In this document: one piece after another, positions 25,966 to 40,439 of the stretch
Layout of the letters: every line of letters begins with the position of its first letter
How positions within the stretch are numbered: position 1 is the stretch's first letter
Source of the DNA: Blasia pusilla
Lineage: Eukaryota
Assembly (NCBI GenBank): GCA_050084515.1
Contig: CM114271.1
Coordinates: 15,500,001 to 15,564,000, forward strand
Direction of reading: 5' to 3'
DNA: 64,000 bases
The notes under the pieces: generated by a model
What the model was told of the DNA's origin: nothing
What the model saw: the letters and a program-made list of their open reading frames with translations, nothing else
Database searches by the model: none
Position numbers and translations under genes: made by a program

Positions 25966-28900
25966 TGGAGTATTCCTCATCATCAATCACAAGCGAGAAG
26001 CTAGATAAGCAGAATTACAATGTCTGGAAGTTTCGCATGAAACAATTTCTCATGGATCAAGAACTACGGGAGCTTGTCACATGTGATGAGGCCAAGCCAA
26101 AAAGTGACTCAACAGACTTGAATGTTTGCGTCATGAACAAACGCACAAGGCAAGTAATCCACTACATTTCAATAACAATCACTTCGCCAAAGATAGGTCA
26201 CTCAAGATGTTGATATTCCGAAGGAGGTCTGGGATGCATTGGAAAAGTTGTTCCAGACATCTACAAAGGCCAGAAAGCTTCAATTGAAACAAAAATTGAA
26301 CGAAATGAGGAAAGGATCACAGAGCATCAATGATTATATTTTGAGTATCAGACATATTGTTGATCAATTGAATAGCATTGGAGTGACAGTAGAAGATGGT
26401 AATATGATTTTGTTCACTCTTTAAGGCCTTCCAAAGGATTACAAGTCCTTTGAGACCTCTATCTCTGTGAGAGAGAAGTATCCAACCTTTCAAGAGATAC
26501 GCCTAGCTTGTAGCGGTAGCTCGTCTAGTCTCCAAGAGAATGCGATATTTGTAGGTTATGGATCAAACAGAGGTAGGGGTCGTGGCAGAAACTTCCGTGG
26601 TCGTGGTGGAAATCAAGCATATGGAGGAAGAGGCACTCAATATAACGTCACTCAATCAACTACAAACCAGTACTAGACACAATCACAAGGTGGTGATGGT
26701 GGAAACCGTATGGGTCAAGGTCAACAACAGAGGGTCCTTGGATCTTGCAATTACTGTGGGATAAAGGGTCACTATACAAAGTTTTGCTTCAAGAAGAAGA
26801 TAGATATGAGAATAGGAGCCTTACAGTAACAAAACTATGTGAAGCAACAACACCAAGAACAACAACATTCACAAACAAAGCATCTCTTGGTCATGACTCA
26901 TCATATGGGAGCAATGGTCAATAAAGACTCGACAACAGATTGGTACATTGACTCTGGTGCATCAAATCACATGACCATACAAGTTAAATGGTTCAGTGGT
27001 TTGGAGCTAGTGAAAAATCCTGCAATTGTGCTCATAGGAGATGGCACTCAACATCATATCACGTATACCGATAAAGTTTTAATAGCATCATATGATCTTT
27101 GTGCTCTTGGAAATATTTTCTATATTCCTACAATTCCAGGAAACTTGATCTCTATAGGACAGATAGTGTAACAGGGTTATCAAGTGAAGTTTAACGCAGA
27201 TGGTTATTTCATTGAAACAATGGATGAGTAGAATACGATAGCCAAAGGAACTAGATCAAGCAGAGTGTTCAAATTAGATACTTCTATGTTAGAGATTCAA
27301 ACAACAATGTATGGTCAACTCGGCCAACAAGTCACAAATCTAAATGTGTGGCATAAAAGAATTGGACATATGAATCGTCAAAGATTACATAGTCTTTCAT
27401 CATCTAATATAGTAATAGGACTCCCTAAATTAGCGAGTCTTGTTATGTTAGAGGTATGTCCTGCTTGCGAATTTGGAAAACAAGCTAGATTTCCTTTTCC
27501 AAAGCAAGGTAGAAGAGCATCCATGATATTGGAGTTGATCCACAATGATGTGTGGACAACATCACAACATAGCCTTAGTGGTTGCCAGTACTTTGTTTCA
27601 TTTATTGATGACTTCTCTAGGCATATATGGGTATACTTTCTGAAAGCCAAGTTAGAGCTATTCTCAGTGTTCCAAACATTCAGAGTTCTAGTAGAGAAGC
27701 AGACCGGAGAACACATTCTGAAATTGCGTTGTGATAGAGGAGGAGAGTATCTTTCAACAGAGTTTGATGACTATTTGCGTCAGAATGGTATCCAACGTCA
27801 AGTGACTTGCAGTTACACTCCACAACAAAAAGGAATGGCTGAGAGGAAGAATCGATATATTACTGAAGCGGCACGAGCTATGCTGAATGAGAAGAACATG
27901 CCTAAGGTGTATTGGGCAGAGGCTATAGCATGTGCAGTCTTCTTAATCAACCAAACTCCAACAGCATGAGTTCATGATAAAACTCCATTCAAAGTCTTTA
28001 CATGAAGTAAACCTGATTTTTCCTTCTTGAAAGTATTTGGCTGTATTTGTTATTCTCATGTTCCTTTTGAGAGACGTCAGAAATTAGACCCCAAGTTTAA
28101 AAGATATATCTTCATTGGCTATGTTGATGGAACTAAGGGGTATAAGTGCTACATTCCATCCTCTAGGCAACTTATTATTAGTTGTGATGTTGTCTTTGAT
28201 AAGCTAAAGTCATGGTATGCTCCATCTGAGCCTATTCCATCTCTAAACTCGTTTGTTGAGGGGGAGAATATGACTATAACCAACAGACATTGTCTTCAAC
28301 TTCCCCAAGTACTAGTGTATGATTACGAGAGGTCCTAGATTAATCAGTTAAATCTGTAAGTCCATGGACGGGAAGAGTACGTATTCAGTCTGTTGACACT
28401 AGTAAGAGCACAAGTCACGTGTTAGAGGCATCTATCTCTAAACAACAACTCCGTAGATCAAGTAGAGTTACACATCCAATTCATAGATTCATAAATAAAG
28501 GTTTCCTTATGACACATCATGCATATATGATGACTACCCTTCAAGAACAGGAGCCGAGTTGTTTTGAAGGAACTACAAGCAAAGTCGAGTGGATTGAAGC
28601 TATGGAGGAAGAGCTTGCTGCATTAAGACATCAACAAACATGAGAGCTGGTTGATATACCTTCTGGTAAGGAAGCTATTGGTTGCAAATGGATTTACAAA
28701 ATCAAGTGCAATCAAGTTGGTATAATTAACAGATACAAAGCGAGATTGGTGGCTAAGGGCTATGCACAACAATATGGTATCGATTATGAGAAAATATTTA
28801 GCCCTATTGCAAAGATGGCGACTACGAGAATAGTGGTTGCAGTTGTAGTAAGTAAAAAGTGGAGATTACATCAGATGGACGTTAAGAATGCCTTCTTGAA

Positions 28901-30391
28901 TGGAGATCTATACGAGGAGGTATATATGACTCAACCACTTGGATACGAGCATCCCAAGTTTCCATTTTGCGTATGGAGGTTGAAGAAAACTCTATACGGG
29001 CTTAAACAAGCTCCAAGAGCTTGGTATGGCAAGATTACATACGTCTTACAAGAGTTGGGTTTTAAGGTATGTGATTCTGACTCATCGTTATATGTCTTGA
29101 GAAGATAAGATCATACGGTTCTCATTGTGTTGTATGTTGACGATCTCCTGATTACTAGGAGTACTGAAAAAATGGTACAACAAGTCAAGCTTAAGTTACA
29201 AGCAAAACTTGATATGAAGGACTTGGGAGAACTCAAGTACTTCCTTGGTATTGAGTTTATCAAGGTTGGAGAGAGCATGCGGTTACTACAACAACAATAT
29301 GCTCTTCATATGCTTTCAAATTATGATATGACGGCTTGTAAGCCAATCTCTATACCATTGGACTAGAATATGAAGCTAAGAATGGATGAAGGAGATTTTC
29401 TTGCAAATTCTAATATGTACATACGTATGGATGGAAGTTTGATCTATCTAACTATAACCAGACCAGATTTGAGTTATATTGTTGCCTAGAAAGCGAGTTT
29501 TTGCAAGCACCTCAAAAACCTCACCTTAATATTGTGAGGAGGACTACGCGGTATGTGAAATTCTCTATTCAATTTGGGATTCAATTTGAACCTTCTCCGA
29601 GTTTTCAATTACAAGGATTCACAGATGCTGATTGGGCAAGAAGCGTGCCTGATCGACACTCCACATCTGGTTATTCATTTACTTTGGGAAGCGCAACTAT
29701 AAGTTGGGCTTGAAAGAAGCAACCTACAGTTGTTTTATCTTCAACAGAGGTTGAGTACAGAGGAGCAACCAATGCAGCATGTGAGGTGGTATGGCTTCAT
29801 CGATTACTTGTTAAGATTGATGTTAGTAACTTAAGACCTAGTGTAATATATGCATAAAATATTACTATGATCAAGCTTGCTAATAACCCTATGTTTCATG
29901 CTCGTACAAAGCATGTTGAGGTGCACTATCATTTTATCAGAGAGAAAGTGCTTTAGGAGAAATTGATCTTATGTATATATGTACAGATCAGAAAATTGCT
30001 AACATCTTTACAAAGGCACTGTCCAAAGATAAGTTTGAGATGTTTAGAAATGATTTAGCATTAGAGATATCGATATGAGCTTGAGGGGGAGTATTGAAGA
30101 TTGAGTTAGAGACAAGCTCACGAGACACATGAACTGCTACATTTGGTACTGACATGAAGTTGGTTAGTTAGTTAAGCGCGATTATCTGAACTAGGATTAA
30201 TTAATCACGGTTAGCCTAACCCGAGACTATGGGTAAGGTTAGGGTTAGGGTTTCTTGTACATACCCTATATAATTGAGAAGGGGACCAACCTCCACTTAT
30301 TCTCTCATTGCAAATTTCATTCTCCATGGTGGTGTGTGATTGTAAGAGCCGGTTCCAACCAATTATGCTTCTTTAGCAGTTTTCCATATCA
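25966..30391 (+). mobile_element. Ty1/copia LTR retrotransposon, degenerate; 5' LTR and PBS not found
   Basis: Domains in order: gag (KLDKQNYNVWKFRMK), CCHC knuckle CNYCGIKGHYTKFC (~26746), protease WYIDSGASNHMT, integrase (WHKRIGH..CPAC, DDFSR, AERKNR), RT (QMDVKNAFLNG, LYVDD), RNase H (FTDADWA). PPT GAGGGGGAG at 30083-30091. Many stops and frameshifts. Confidence 0.95.
30092..30391 (+). repeat. Putative 3' LTR of the copia element
   Basis: Starts right after the PPT (TATTG, probably a mutated TGTTG), contains CCCTATATAA and ends ...TATCA. The end position is inferred. Confidence 0.55.
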
Positions 30392-33300
30392 ATAATATTA
30401 ATAAAAGACATCCATCTTATCCTTAAACACTCAAAACATCGACATGTGTAAATTTTACGAGCCCAATAAAATTCATGGAATCCTCCAACACGATACTAAA
30501 TAATCTCCAAAGTATGCAAGAATTGTATGCTCCACGCTTTATATAACCCACTAAAAACTCGGTAAGGGCTTGTGATGGTCTTGGCCTTGTTTTGGCATTT
30601 AGAGAATGTGGAGCTACTCATTTCCAAATCCTATATATTTTTACAAAAGGAAAGGCATAGGACGAGAAGTTTTATCTACACATAAAAGATGTTGTTGCAA
30701 TCGGTAATTGTGCTTAGACTCTACTTTTGTTTTGCATTCAACCTTCACACTATAATATATCTCAAGTAATAATATAATGTATATTTATGAATGCTAGTTT
30801 TTTATTCTTACATTTTCATGTTCTATATGGCATGTAAGAATAGGTATTCGGAAGAAAGCCCTACTACAAAAGAAAGCAGATTTTAAGGAGACTGCCACTA
30901 GACGTTCAAAATTTTTTTTTTCCATAAATTATAGTAGGGTTAGAATGGAAGAACTTCGCACCATATGATATGAGTTTCATTTGCCCTTAGTAATGATCAT
31001 ACATTTGACCTCCTCCAAAGCATCCCATCTAATCACTAGAATGAAACTTGCCCATTTGAATGGTGAGTTACTTGATTTCACTCCACCTACATTGACTAAT
31101 GACACTCCTCATGTTATGCCTTTATTGCTTGCTTTTGACACTACAAAGAGTGAGGCAACTTCATCTAATGCACCCATTGATCTCACTACATATGAACTTG
31201 ATTCTCTCAAAAGCTCACCAAGGACGAGCAAGTATGTCTAAGTTGACAAGTATTGCATTCCATTTACTTACCCCATATCTATTTTTTTCTTCAGACTCAT
31301 TTCATTCATCAAGATAAGAGTATGCATACTCACTACATTGTTTTATGTTGTAGATATTCTACATCAAAGAGTAACTAATATTTCGGCTATCTTCTATGAT
31401 ACAATATAAACCAACATCATAATTTTACTTCATGCATTAGATTTTTTTTATGCATAAACTTGCCTTGGGGCATTTTTGTTCATTACGTATATTAGAAATG
31501 AAATTTTCATCCATATTTTTTTTTCCCATCATTCTTTTCCATAACTACTTGCTTGTATATATTTTCCTCCCATTACCAAGATTGCTAAAACTTCACTAAA
31601 TGCTACACACAATTTCTTCATATATTCTGGTTTCCTCATCTTATCATCGCATGCTACTTCATATCTATCTCCTAGTATATATTACCTTTATTTCTAGTGC
31701 CTTGGTGCACTACTTACCATATTTTCTTATTTTCAAGCCCTTACTCATTGATCATTTCAAAGATTCTATTCGAAGATTATTCATTGACCCTATTCTGCTC
31801 AATTCTCTCAAAGTTGTTATGCTCCTAAGATTTGCTTCTTGAGTTCATTCTTGCAAATAAGAACCAAGCTTCCATGTCAACGTCACAATATAATCAGCTC
31901 AGCTCTTCTTCACATAGAGCATTGAATACCCTACATCCTTATACTTCTGCAGCATCACCAACTGTATCAAATTCATGTGTATCTCTCAAGGTGTATGAAG
32001 GACTATTGTTCCAGTTGGATGAGCCACAAGATCAAGATAGCACCTTAGGATATCATGTCACAACTCTCAATGGCAAGATCCATTACACTTATAGGGAAGA
32101 CCACGATGGTTAATATTCAACTCACTTAATACAAAGCTAATATTACATAGGCAATTGAGTACTTCAAGGATTTCCTAAAACACAATGGTGGTCTTATACA
32201 CGACAATCCAAAATTAGAGATGCAATAAGCTCTCGTAGAATCGCTTCTTTGTACTTACATCTAATCAAGCTATATACTTAAATATATCATACTCATTGCC
32301 ACGAACAACAAGTAGTATTTATTCATATAGCTACTCTCAACATAACAAGATTCGTATCATGTTACTTCCACTTATACTATGTGAGCATAATCTCATAGCA
32401 AATTGTTTTTCTGCATATCATTATATATTTATAATGTGGCCAACAACCAACACTTTGATTATTTGCATTCATTATAGACTTGATTACTTCAAGCTTTAAC
32501 TTTTACAAAAATACAATGTTCATCATGTATGCATGTTTACTTCTACTCAATATACTATCATGGAAGGTTTTTTCATATGCCTATTCGCAACAAACCAATA
32601 CTCAATCCAGTCACTCTTGCACAATTACTATTATCATAAGCTCATTGTAGGTTTTTTTCTATGCATTTCCTTAGATATGTTATCCGGTCACCAACCAACA
32701 TTTAGGGCATTTTCATCCACTTTGAATTTGATTATTTTGGAATTTAGTTGACATCCTTTTCGCTTTTTTTTTTTGCTTGCAACAATAGTAGTCTTCTTTG
32801 CTATTTCATTAGCTTTATTGCAAAGTTTCTCCGATGACACGCATTTCATCAAATGGGCAAGTTTCCTACCATTATAGTACCAATACATTGTCTACTTCTT
32901 GTTACTACTTGAAAGCATAAATTGTTAGATCAATTGAGTCTACCTCTACCTATATATAGTTTGCTCCTCTCAACAAGCCCCATTCAGCCAAAGTCTCAAT
33001 TCTATTCTCAATTTTTTTATAAGAGACTCTAGCTAAAGCATTTGACTCACAACTCAAATCTCCCAATATTATGTTAACAAAAATCAAAATGTTCCTTCTA
33101 TCGTCCATCTGTTGCCACTTTTTACAAGTACATATGAAAATGAATCCATTAATTATCCCAACGCATAGCTTTACGAACTCCATACATTGAATTTACCAAA
33201 ACCATTATAGCTCAAAGTTTCTAAAAAATCCATTATTCTTTTGTAATAACCAAGTTCGGAAAAAGTTGATGTATAATAACTAGATGTATGTACGATCCTC

Positions 33301-34580
33301 ACTACTATAATGGTGCAACTAAACATTTGCAACACATAGTTTTTCCATCTCTTTTATCCATCTTACGCAACTTCTTGTCTACCCATAGTTACCACATCCA
33401 TTGTAACTATGGTTTACATCTACCATTTAAATTTACTTTATAACCTAGCTATCTTTCTCTAGATATCACACTGTGTAGTATACTATGGGCGTTAGCTCAC
33501 TTTGAGGACCTATCATCGAGTGCCACAAGATAATTCATGGAGCCATTCTAATTTTTTTTTGATTTTTTTTATATTGAGCTATAAGGGAATTTCTTCATAA
33601 TTAGATTAATGTATTAATTTTTCATTCTAACTAATTAATTAAAAAAATTTGATAAGGAGAAATCAATACTTAAATTAAATTGTATTTATATTATTTGAAT
33701 TATTTTCCCAATAGAATATTCCAAAGTCTCCCTCATGTTTATAATATTTTTTCCTTTTACAATTTAAATTATTTAAAAATATTTTGTGTAAAAAATATTA
33801 TTAAAAAATTATGTTTCAAATTTATTTTGGAGGGAAAATAATTTAATATTTTGGGAAAAAATTAAAATGGATAAAAATAGAGTGTTGGGTTGAAAATTAT
33901 TCTTCAAATTAATGAAAGATATTTTCTTTCTTCACCAATTTTAATTGAATTTGATTAGGAGATAAATTTAAACTCTACACTGGAAAACAATTTGATCAAA
34001 ATGAGTGATTTCTTTTCTTAATTGAGCGATGGAGACTGAAAAAAGAAACCATAAATTATTTTTCCCCAATTAATAACGGAAAAAATGAATCAAAAAATAA
34101 GGATGCACTATTTTAAAAAATTATCTTTACTCTTTTTAATCAAGTTTTCAAAGGTTAAATTCTATAGATTCAAGATGTGTCTAATAATTTTTCACAATAT
34201 CATTCTCCGATTTTTTTAGATGCCATACTAAGCACACTCCACGACGGAAATAGACGGGAAAAGGGGTGCATCCACCTCTTGGGCACCCCGTATTCAATCG
34301 GCTATAAATCTGTAAAAGAAGTTATGGATGTGACGTGGAGTACTATGACCTAAAATTTGAGACGCCCTCATAAAGTTTAGTAGTCTCATATCATTTGATT
34401 ATGCCCACTTTCGAGTTATTTACAAGATTTTATTTTAGTTTATTCGCATCCATACTATTATTTTTGGAATGGTGACGGTTTCGGCGCTAGACACACTTCT
34501 TCTTGAGCCTCAAAATTTTTGATGCGTGACATCATATTTCTATCATATAAAATATATTTTTAACAGATTACTTTCACAAA

Positions 34581-34608
34581 CCCGTGCATAGCATGGGCAC
34601 ATTTCTAG
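34581..34608 (+). mobile_element. Helitron 3' terminus
   Basis: Hairpin CCCGTGC-ATA-GCATGGG, followed 7 nt later by CTAG|T. Confidence 0.7.
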
Positions 34609-34768
34609 TACAATTCTATAACAATCACCCGTCGAAGGGACGTCGCATGGACATCCTCTTCGTGGGCAACCCCAACTTACATGCCCTATTACACACTATT
34701 GTGGCAACATACTTGTTACATCCCTTCCAAATTTTCTTTAAGAGAATAAAATCCATTTAACCTATATA

Positions 34769-35822
34769 TCTATATAATAATTGGCGATCCCATATGCAAA
34801 TATGACAAGATAGTGAGATAATAGGACAAAATAGGAAATATGTAATTTAAAAATATTTTTCATTTTGAAATTTAAATATTATCTCCATTTTTTGAATCTT
34901 AAAAGAGTGATAGCATTTTACTTTTAAATAATACCTAACTCTCTTAAATGATTTCACTCCACCATAAAAGTTTGAACCATTTCCATTACGTGAAAATATT
35001 TCAAAGGGGACCACCAAGGTTACATTAGTTCGTTAACAGGGCCCTTAAGCGAATTCCTTCCATTTCTACTCTTCCAACCAAAAAAAAATCCACTAACTAA
35101 ATTAAAAGTTAATCTTAATTAACTAAATCATTTCCCTTTTCCATTATAATTCATTTTCCTTTCCCAAAATATGGAACATGAATTAACATGATTATTTTAA
35201 AAATATTATATTTTTCATTAAAAATTTTAATATAATTTCATCCATTTAATAATTGGAGACCTCATATGAATAATATATGAGATAATAGGAAAATATAGGC
35301 AACATGTTAGAATTTTATTGTTTGGGCCATATTAGATGGATAGAAATAGAGAGGTCCCAATCCCCTAAATAATTTTGCCCTTCCCTAAAATTTAAACAAA
35401 ATCTACTCCTTCTCCATTAAAATTTATTTTTTCTTTGCATCAAATGAGAAAATAACATTTTATTTTCTTAAATCACATAAGAGTAATAACACTTTGCATT
35501 TCTAAGTAATTCTTTTCCTCACTTAAAATTTAAATGATATCCCAATCCCCTAAGTAATTTTACCCTTCCATAAAATTTAAACAAAATCTACTCCTTCTCC
35601 ATTAAAATTTACTTTCCCTTTCCATCAAATTTGAATTAAGGCACAAATTCTAATTTTTTGGTTATTATCATAATTATTCCAATATTACTATTTATAATCA
35701 CCCATTATAATATTAAATAAATTAATAATTGATTAACTAATTTATTTTCCTATTCCACTCAAATCCCTATCCGTTTTCCCTCTCTATTTCTACCCATCTA
35801 ATATGGCCCAAACAATAAAATT
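34769..35822 (+). mobile_element. AT-rich non-autonomous Helitron-like repeat with an internal 44-bp inverted repeat
   Basis: 5' end A|TCTATATAATAATTGGCGATCCC is homologous to the minus-strand end at 44143. Inverted repeat at 35311-35354 / 35779-35822 (1 mismatch). Internal direct repeat at ~35355 / ~35540. Confidence 0.55.
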
Positions 35823-36646
35823 AAGAAGTCGACTCCAAGTGCAGAGCACGCAAAATGCAAGTTATTTTGTATGTTTCTCGACCATAGGATATAAGTTTTT
35901 AACGGTCCCATGTTAGCATCCGTGCTAATATTAATTCTCCCATTAATACGGAATAGAATAGTATCCACAGTGTTATTCCTAGCCTTCTTTAGCCGTGACC
36001 CGATTCTTCAGCCGTCTCCCGATTCGTGATCTCCAAAACCGAACGTTGGCAGTGTTCTTAGACCTTGGCAGCGCGTCGTGTTACTCGGGATTTCGCTTTG
36101 TTACTCCCTATCCCTACTGCAACGTTAATCCGAATCCGAATTCGATTCATTTTGTGTTAATCTGACTAATCCCCATGTATTGTATTTTCGTTGTAAAATT
36201 CAAAACCCTAAAAAGGGGCCGTTATATTATAACCCCACCCCTCTCTAGAGCCCCATATTGGTTTTCTTATCATTTTTGAGCATGCTAATAAAAAAATCAT
36301 GCTAACTAGTGTTTCTGATTATTTAACCCCAAACCCCACTAGGGATGTCAATTTACTACCTATCCGGAATCGTCCGGGGTAGGTCGGCCGGCCCGGAAAG
36401 TCACTGGGCTACTCCCGGAAGAGGAGAGGACGGCAATTTTGCGCTGGCCCGTTTATGTTAGCGACCGACCTTAAATCCACGGAATACCCGAGAAGAATTG
36501 CAAACGGGTTTTTACAAATACCCGGCTAAAGGGATCCGGGGACACTCAAACACCCCTACTGTCCCCCCATCGGAGACGCCCTTGAGTGAACCACCGGGAA
36601 CGGGCAGGGTGCTCACGTGGCTAGCGCGACTCGTGCTGCTGCAGCG

Positions 36647-36795
36647 GACCACAGTTCACAGTCGAATAACGTGGGTGGAGCTGGATCAGGAGGCGGTGCT
36701 GACCGCAGTTAACAGTCGAATAACGTGGGTGGAACTGCATCAGGAGGCGGTGCTGACCACAGTTCACAGTGGGTGGAGGTGGATCAGGAGGCGGA
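36647..36795 (+). repeat. 54-bp tandem repeat (~2.8 copies) upstream of the RPL6 start codon
   Basis: Units start at 36647, 36701 and 36755; the third lacks 10 bp. Confidence 0.9.
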
Positions 36796-36866
36796 GAGGG
36801 GTGAGGTATGCGAATAGATAGCGAAGAACAGCAATCCCGGCCTCTCTGCTCCAGAGCTCCTCGGCT

Positions 36867-37891
36867 ATGGCGTCCCTGCACTGCGTTTTGGGTTCCTGTC
36901 ACGCACCCAGGTGGGCGAATTCCTCCGCTACCTATTTGAGATGAGACTTCTCGTGTAGTTATGCCTTTTTATTTGTATTGTTTGATGAGTTTGCAACCCG
37001 TGAGGGCAATGTTGCGCGGAGAGGAAGGGTTTAAGATTTTGTGCGCAAAATGAGTAACTGACTGTTTATGGCGGTTGGTCATGGATGAGAAGTGGCATAC
37101 GAAGCACGTTCACAGGTGATGCAGTGGTTGCAAGACCGTGTGCAGTTTCGACTTCCTCCAGTTCAGGGGTTCTGAGAATCGAATGTAAGGAATCTCGGAT
37201 TGGAAAGGCACCCATTGATGTGCCTAAGAATGTAACCCTCACTCTGGATGGACAGAGTTTGCTCGTCAAGGGTCCTCTTGGGGAGCTTAGCAGATCTTAC
37301 CCTCGCGAGGTGCAGCTAACTCGCGATGAGTCCGGGAAGCTTATTGTCACCAGAGCCATGGACACTCGCAAAGCTCGACAAATGCACGGACTTTTCCGGT
37401 CTCTCTCTCTCTCTCTCTCCGATATACAGCTTCCACCCAATCGAATTTGTTTGTGCCCTGACGTTGCGAATAATCTTAGCAGGCAATCTGATGAGCATGA
37501 AAAATGAATGAGCACTCAATTTTTTCTCACTGGAATCGTTTTGTGTGTGATCAGAACTCTCACCGACAACATGGTGGTCGGAGTGACAAAGGGATTCGAG
37601 AAGAAGCTGCAGCTCATTGGTGTTGGATACCGTTCTGCTATCGACGGAAAGGAGCTGACACTGAATTTGGGATTCTCCCATCAAGTAAGGCTGCCGATTC
37701 CGGATGGCCTTACCGTGAAAGTGGAGGAGAACACCAAATTGACCATATCAGGACGTGATAAGTGTGCAGTAGGAGATTTTGCAGCTGCCATTAGGTCTTG
37801 GAGGCCCCCTGAACCATACAAAGGCAAGGGTATTAAGTACCAAGATGAGGTCATCAGACGCAAGGAGGGCAAAGTAGGAAAGAAGAAGTAG
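36867..37891 (+). CDS. RPL6: Plastid 50S ribosomal protein L6 (uL6c), nuclear-encoded, 3 exons, ~228 aa
   Basis: Exons 36867-36910, 37093-37398 and 37555-37891. A Ser-rich transit peptide is followed by [63 protein letters not shown]. Confidence 0.95.
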
Positions 37892-40315
37892 AACTTGTTC
37901 TTGAGTAGTCTAAGTTTAAATTCTTTAGCGAAAATTGTGTCATGTACCTGCGCGAAGTACATGGCTCTTCGTTTTCCATTATCAAAATAGAATGGGATTA
38001 TTCCTACTCCAGCAGCGTGATTATTTGAGGTGTTGGGTGCGTCAAATGGGATGTGGATTTCTCTCAACTGGAACGTAATCATACCCTCTACACGGGGTCT
38101 GGGAGCGTCCGGGCATCTGTAGTGCGTTTGGATGACGGATGGAGTAGGGTGACGGTGTTTCAGGTGAAAAGTAAGACGTCTAGGGCGTGCTGGATACATG
38201 TGTGCACGAGTTCTAGCGGTTCAGCACAGTGGTTGAGAGTTCTTCCGCTGGGTTAGTGAAGGTGGATTTGAAATTGAACAAGATGTTGTAGATGGATTTT
38301 GTTCCTTGTGATAACAATGCGCGTGCTATAGGCAAATTAGATAACGTAAGGTCTTCCACCATTGTGCGTTCCCTGATGATTGAAATCATCAGGGAACCCT
38401 GTAGAACCCTGATCACTACTTCTTCCATCAACGCACCTACCCAATCGCGTAGCTCTGGAATCGCGTGCTTATATACCTCAGCCTGGGCCCGTGATTCGGC
38501 ATTCCCATACGCACGCTCGTGACATTTGACACTTCGAAGCTGTTGACAAAGCTCGACGTACCACCATTGGAATGAGCTCTGATGAGTTCAGGTCTACGCA
38601 CCAGGCCTCGATCTGGATGGCAAGCGCTAGGTCGAACAGGCTTGGTGGGTTTCCCACGGTTCCCACCTTTGTCTAGAAGCGTGACATCCAATTTGTATGC
38701 GGCCCCTCCGACTTTGAGGTCGATGTAGAGTTAGTAATGTGGCCGATGGAAATATGAAAATTATTATTCTAGTCAGAGATGGTGGTACGAATCAGCGTAC
38801 ACAAATTAATGAGGGTCTATACAAATTAATTTTTTATTTTTTTATAATTAAATTTATGAGTGGCAAATATAAATGTGTTTACAAATAAACAAACACACTC
38901 TTATAATAATATAAATATATAATGACAAATATAAATATGTTTACAAATAAGAAAATATTTTCTTACAATAATATAGATATGTTTTTTTCGGACATAAATG
39001 TATTTGCAAATCCAAAAAGAAATAGTATTTTAAATAATAATATAAATATATTTTATTATGACGCCAAAGACATTTGGATCCGATAAACCTAGATGTATTT
39101 GCAAATCAAAAAATAGTATTTTAAATAATAATATAAATATGTTTTATTATGAAGCCAAATTGGAGCCGGTAAGCCTACCACAGCCAGGCGTGTAAAGGGA
39201 ATGTCCCTCGGTATGAAATCTCTTTGTGTCGGGGTCCCATAATTTGCACGCCCTTGAATGATTTTAGCTCCAATCCGATTGAGATCCTATGTTCTTTATC
39301 TAGGAATTGGATCCCTTTCATTAAGTAACAAGTAAAATCCATGTTATCATAAAAACGAATATGTAACATCACAAAGAAGAGACGAAGAAAAGAATGAAAG
39401 AAAATGGCAACAATTTAACTCAACTTCATAACTTTGGTTGGTCAAGCCTCAATTAATTGCGAAACGAGTTGTTATTGAACTTTAATATTATCGTTTCAAC
39501 ACAGATTTGATGAAAACTTTTAGAAAAATATCGAAGGAGTTCGCAATTTTTCAATGTTGTGTACTCTAGTTTGTCTACTTGAAGTAGATTTCAAATGCGC
39601 CATTATGGGCTCCAGCAAGTGAGAAGTGAAGAAGCCATCATCACAATTTGCAACCGTGGCCAAGTGGTAGGCCCACACATGGTGGCAAAATTTAAGCTGA
39701 AACCTTTGAATTTGCCAACATGGCGATGCACCTTTAGAACATTGAAAACTTCCTTCTTATCCTTCATTTACAATCGCTAATGATTCTCTGACCTAGTGAT
39801 TCACAATCTACTGGAACAGGTCTATTCTTTCCGTCCTATGGACACAGATGGGAGCGCACGTCACTCGATCCTCGCGCCCAAGTTCCATCCACTCTTCTAC
39901 TGTTTGGGCTAATTGGTACCGCGTTCGGCCTACCCCTGTTCATTGCCATCCGCAGTCATTCCCCCTTTTTGGAAGCATCAGGATTAATGTGAACGTGCTT
40001 TTCGGCGGGAGTGAGAGTTTTGCCAGTGTTCTGCACGTTTACCCCGTCTGAACTTCTGCAAACAACGAGAGAAGAGGTTCCCATCTTGCAACCATCTTCA
40101 ATTCGGCAATTTTAGAAGCCAGAATGGGAGTGGGAGACCAGGGTTGCAGGAGAAAGTTCCTAGTAGGGAGCGTGTAAATATGCAAGCTCAGTTCCCAGAA
40201 GTTCCCTCAAAATCTCAGTTCGTCATTTGGGTCACTTAGAAGATGGAGCTGTAAAAAATTGACGAAGTTCTGTAGAGAGACTACATCAGAAGTGATGTGG
40301 AGAGATAATGCCATT

Positions 40316-40439
40316 TGTATTGAGGAAAAGCAATACCATGTGTATTGAGGAAAGACAATACCGTATATACTGAGGAAAGACAATGCTAGGTGTATTGACA
40401 ATACCGTATGTATTGAGGAAAGACTACCAGACGTATTGT
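40316..40439. repeat. Degenerate ~25-bp minisatellite
   Basis: About 5 variants of TGTATTGAGGAAAGACAATACCGTA. Confidence 0.7.

Noticed and set aside
30981-32300. Possible captured gene fragments
   Set aside because: The stretches look protein-like, but I can assign no motif.
33300-33480. Mini CACTA element (CACTAC...GTAGTA)
   Set aside because: The right end is imperfect and there is no 3-bp TSD.
36340-36558. Ac-like MITE (TAGGGATG...CACCCCTA)
   Set aside because: The TIR match is short and the flanks show no 8-bp TSD.
37681-38199. 172-aa minus-strand ORF
   Set aside because: Antisense shadow of the last RPL6 exon and its 3' UTR.
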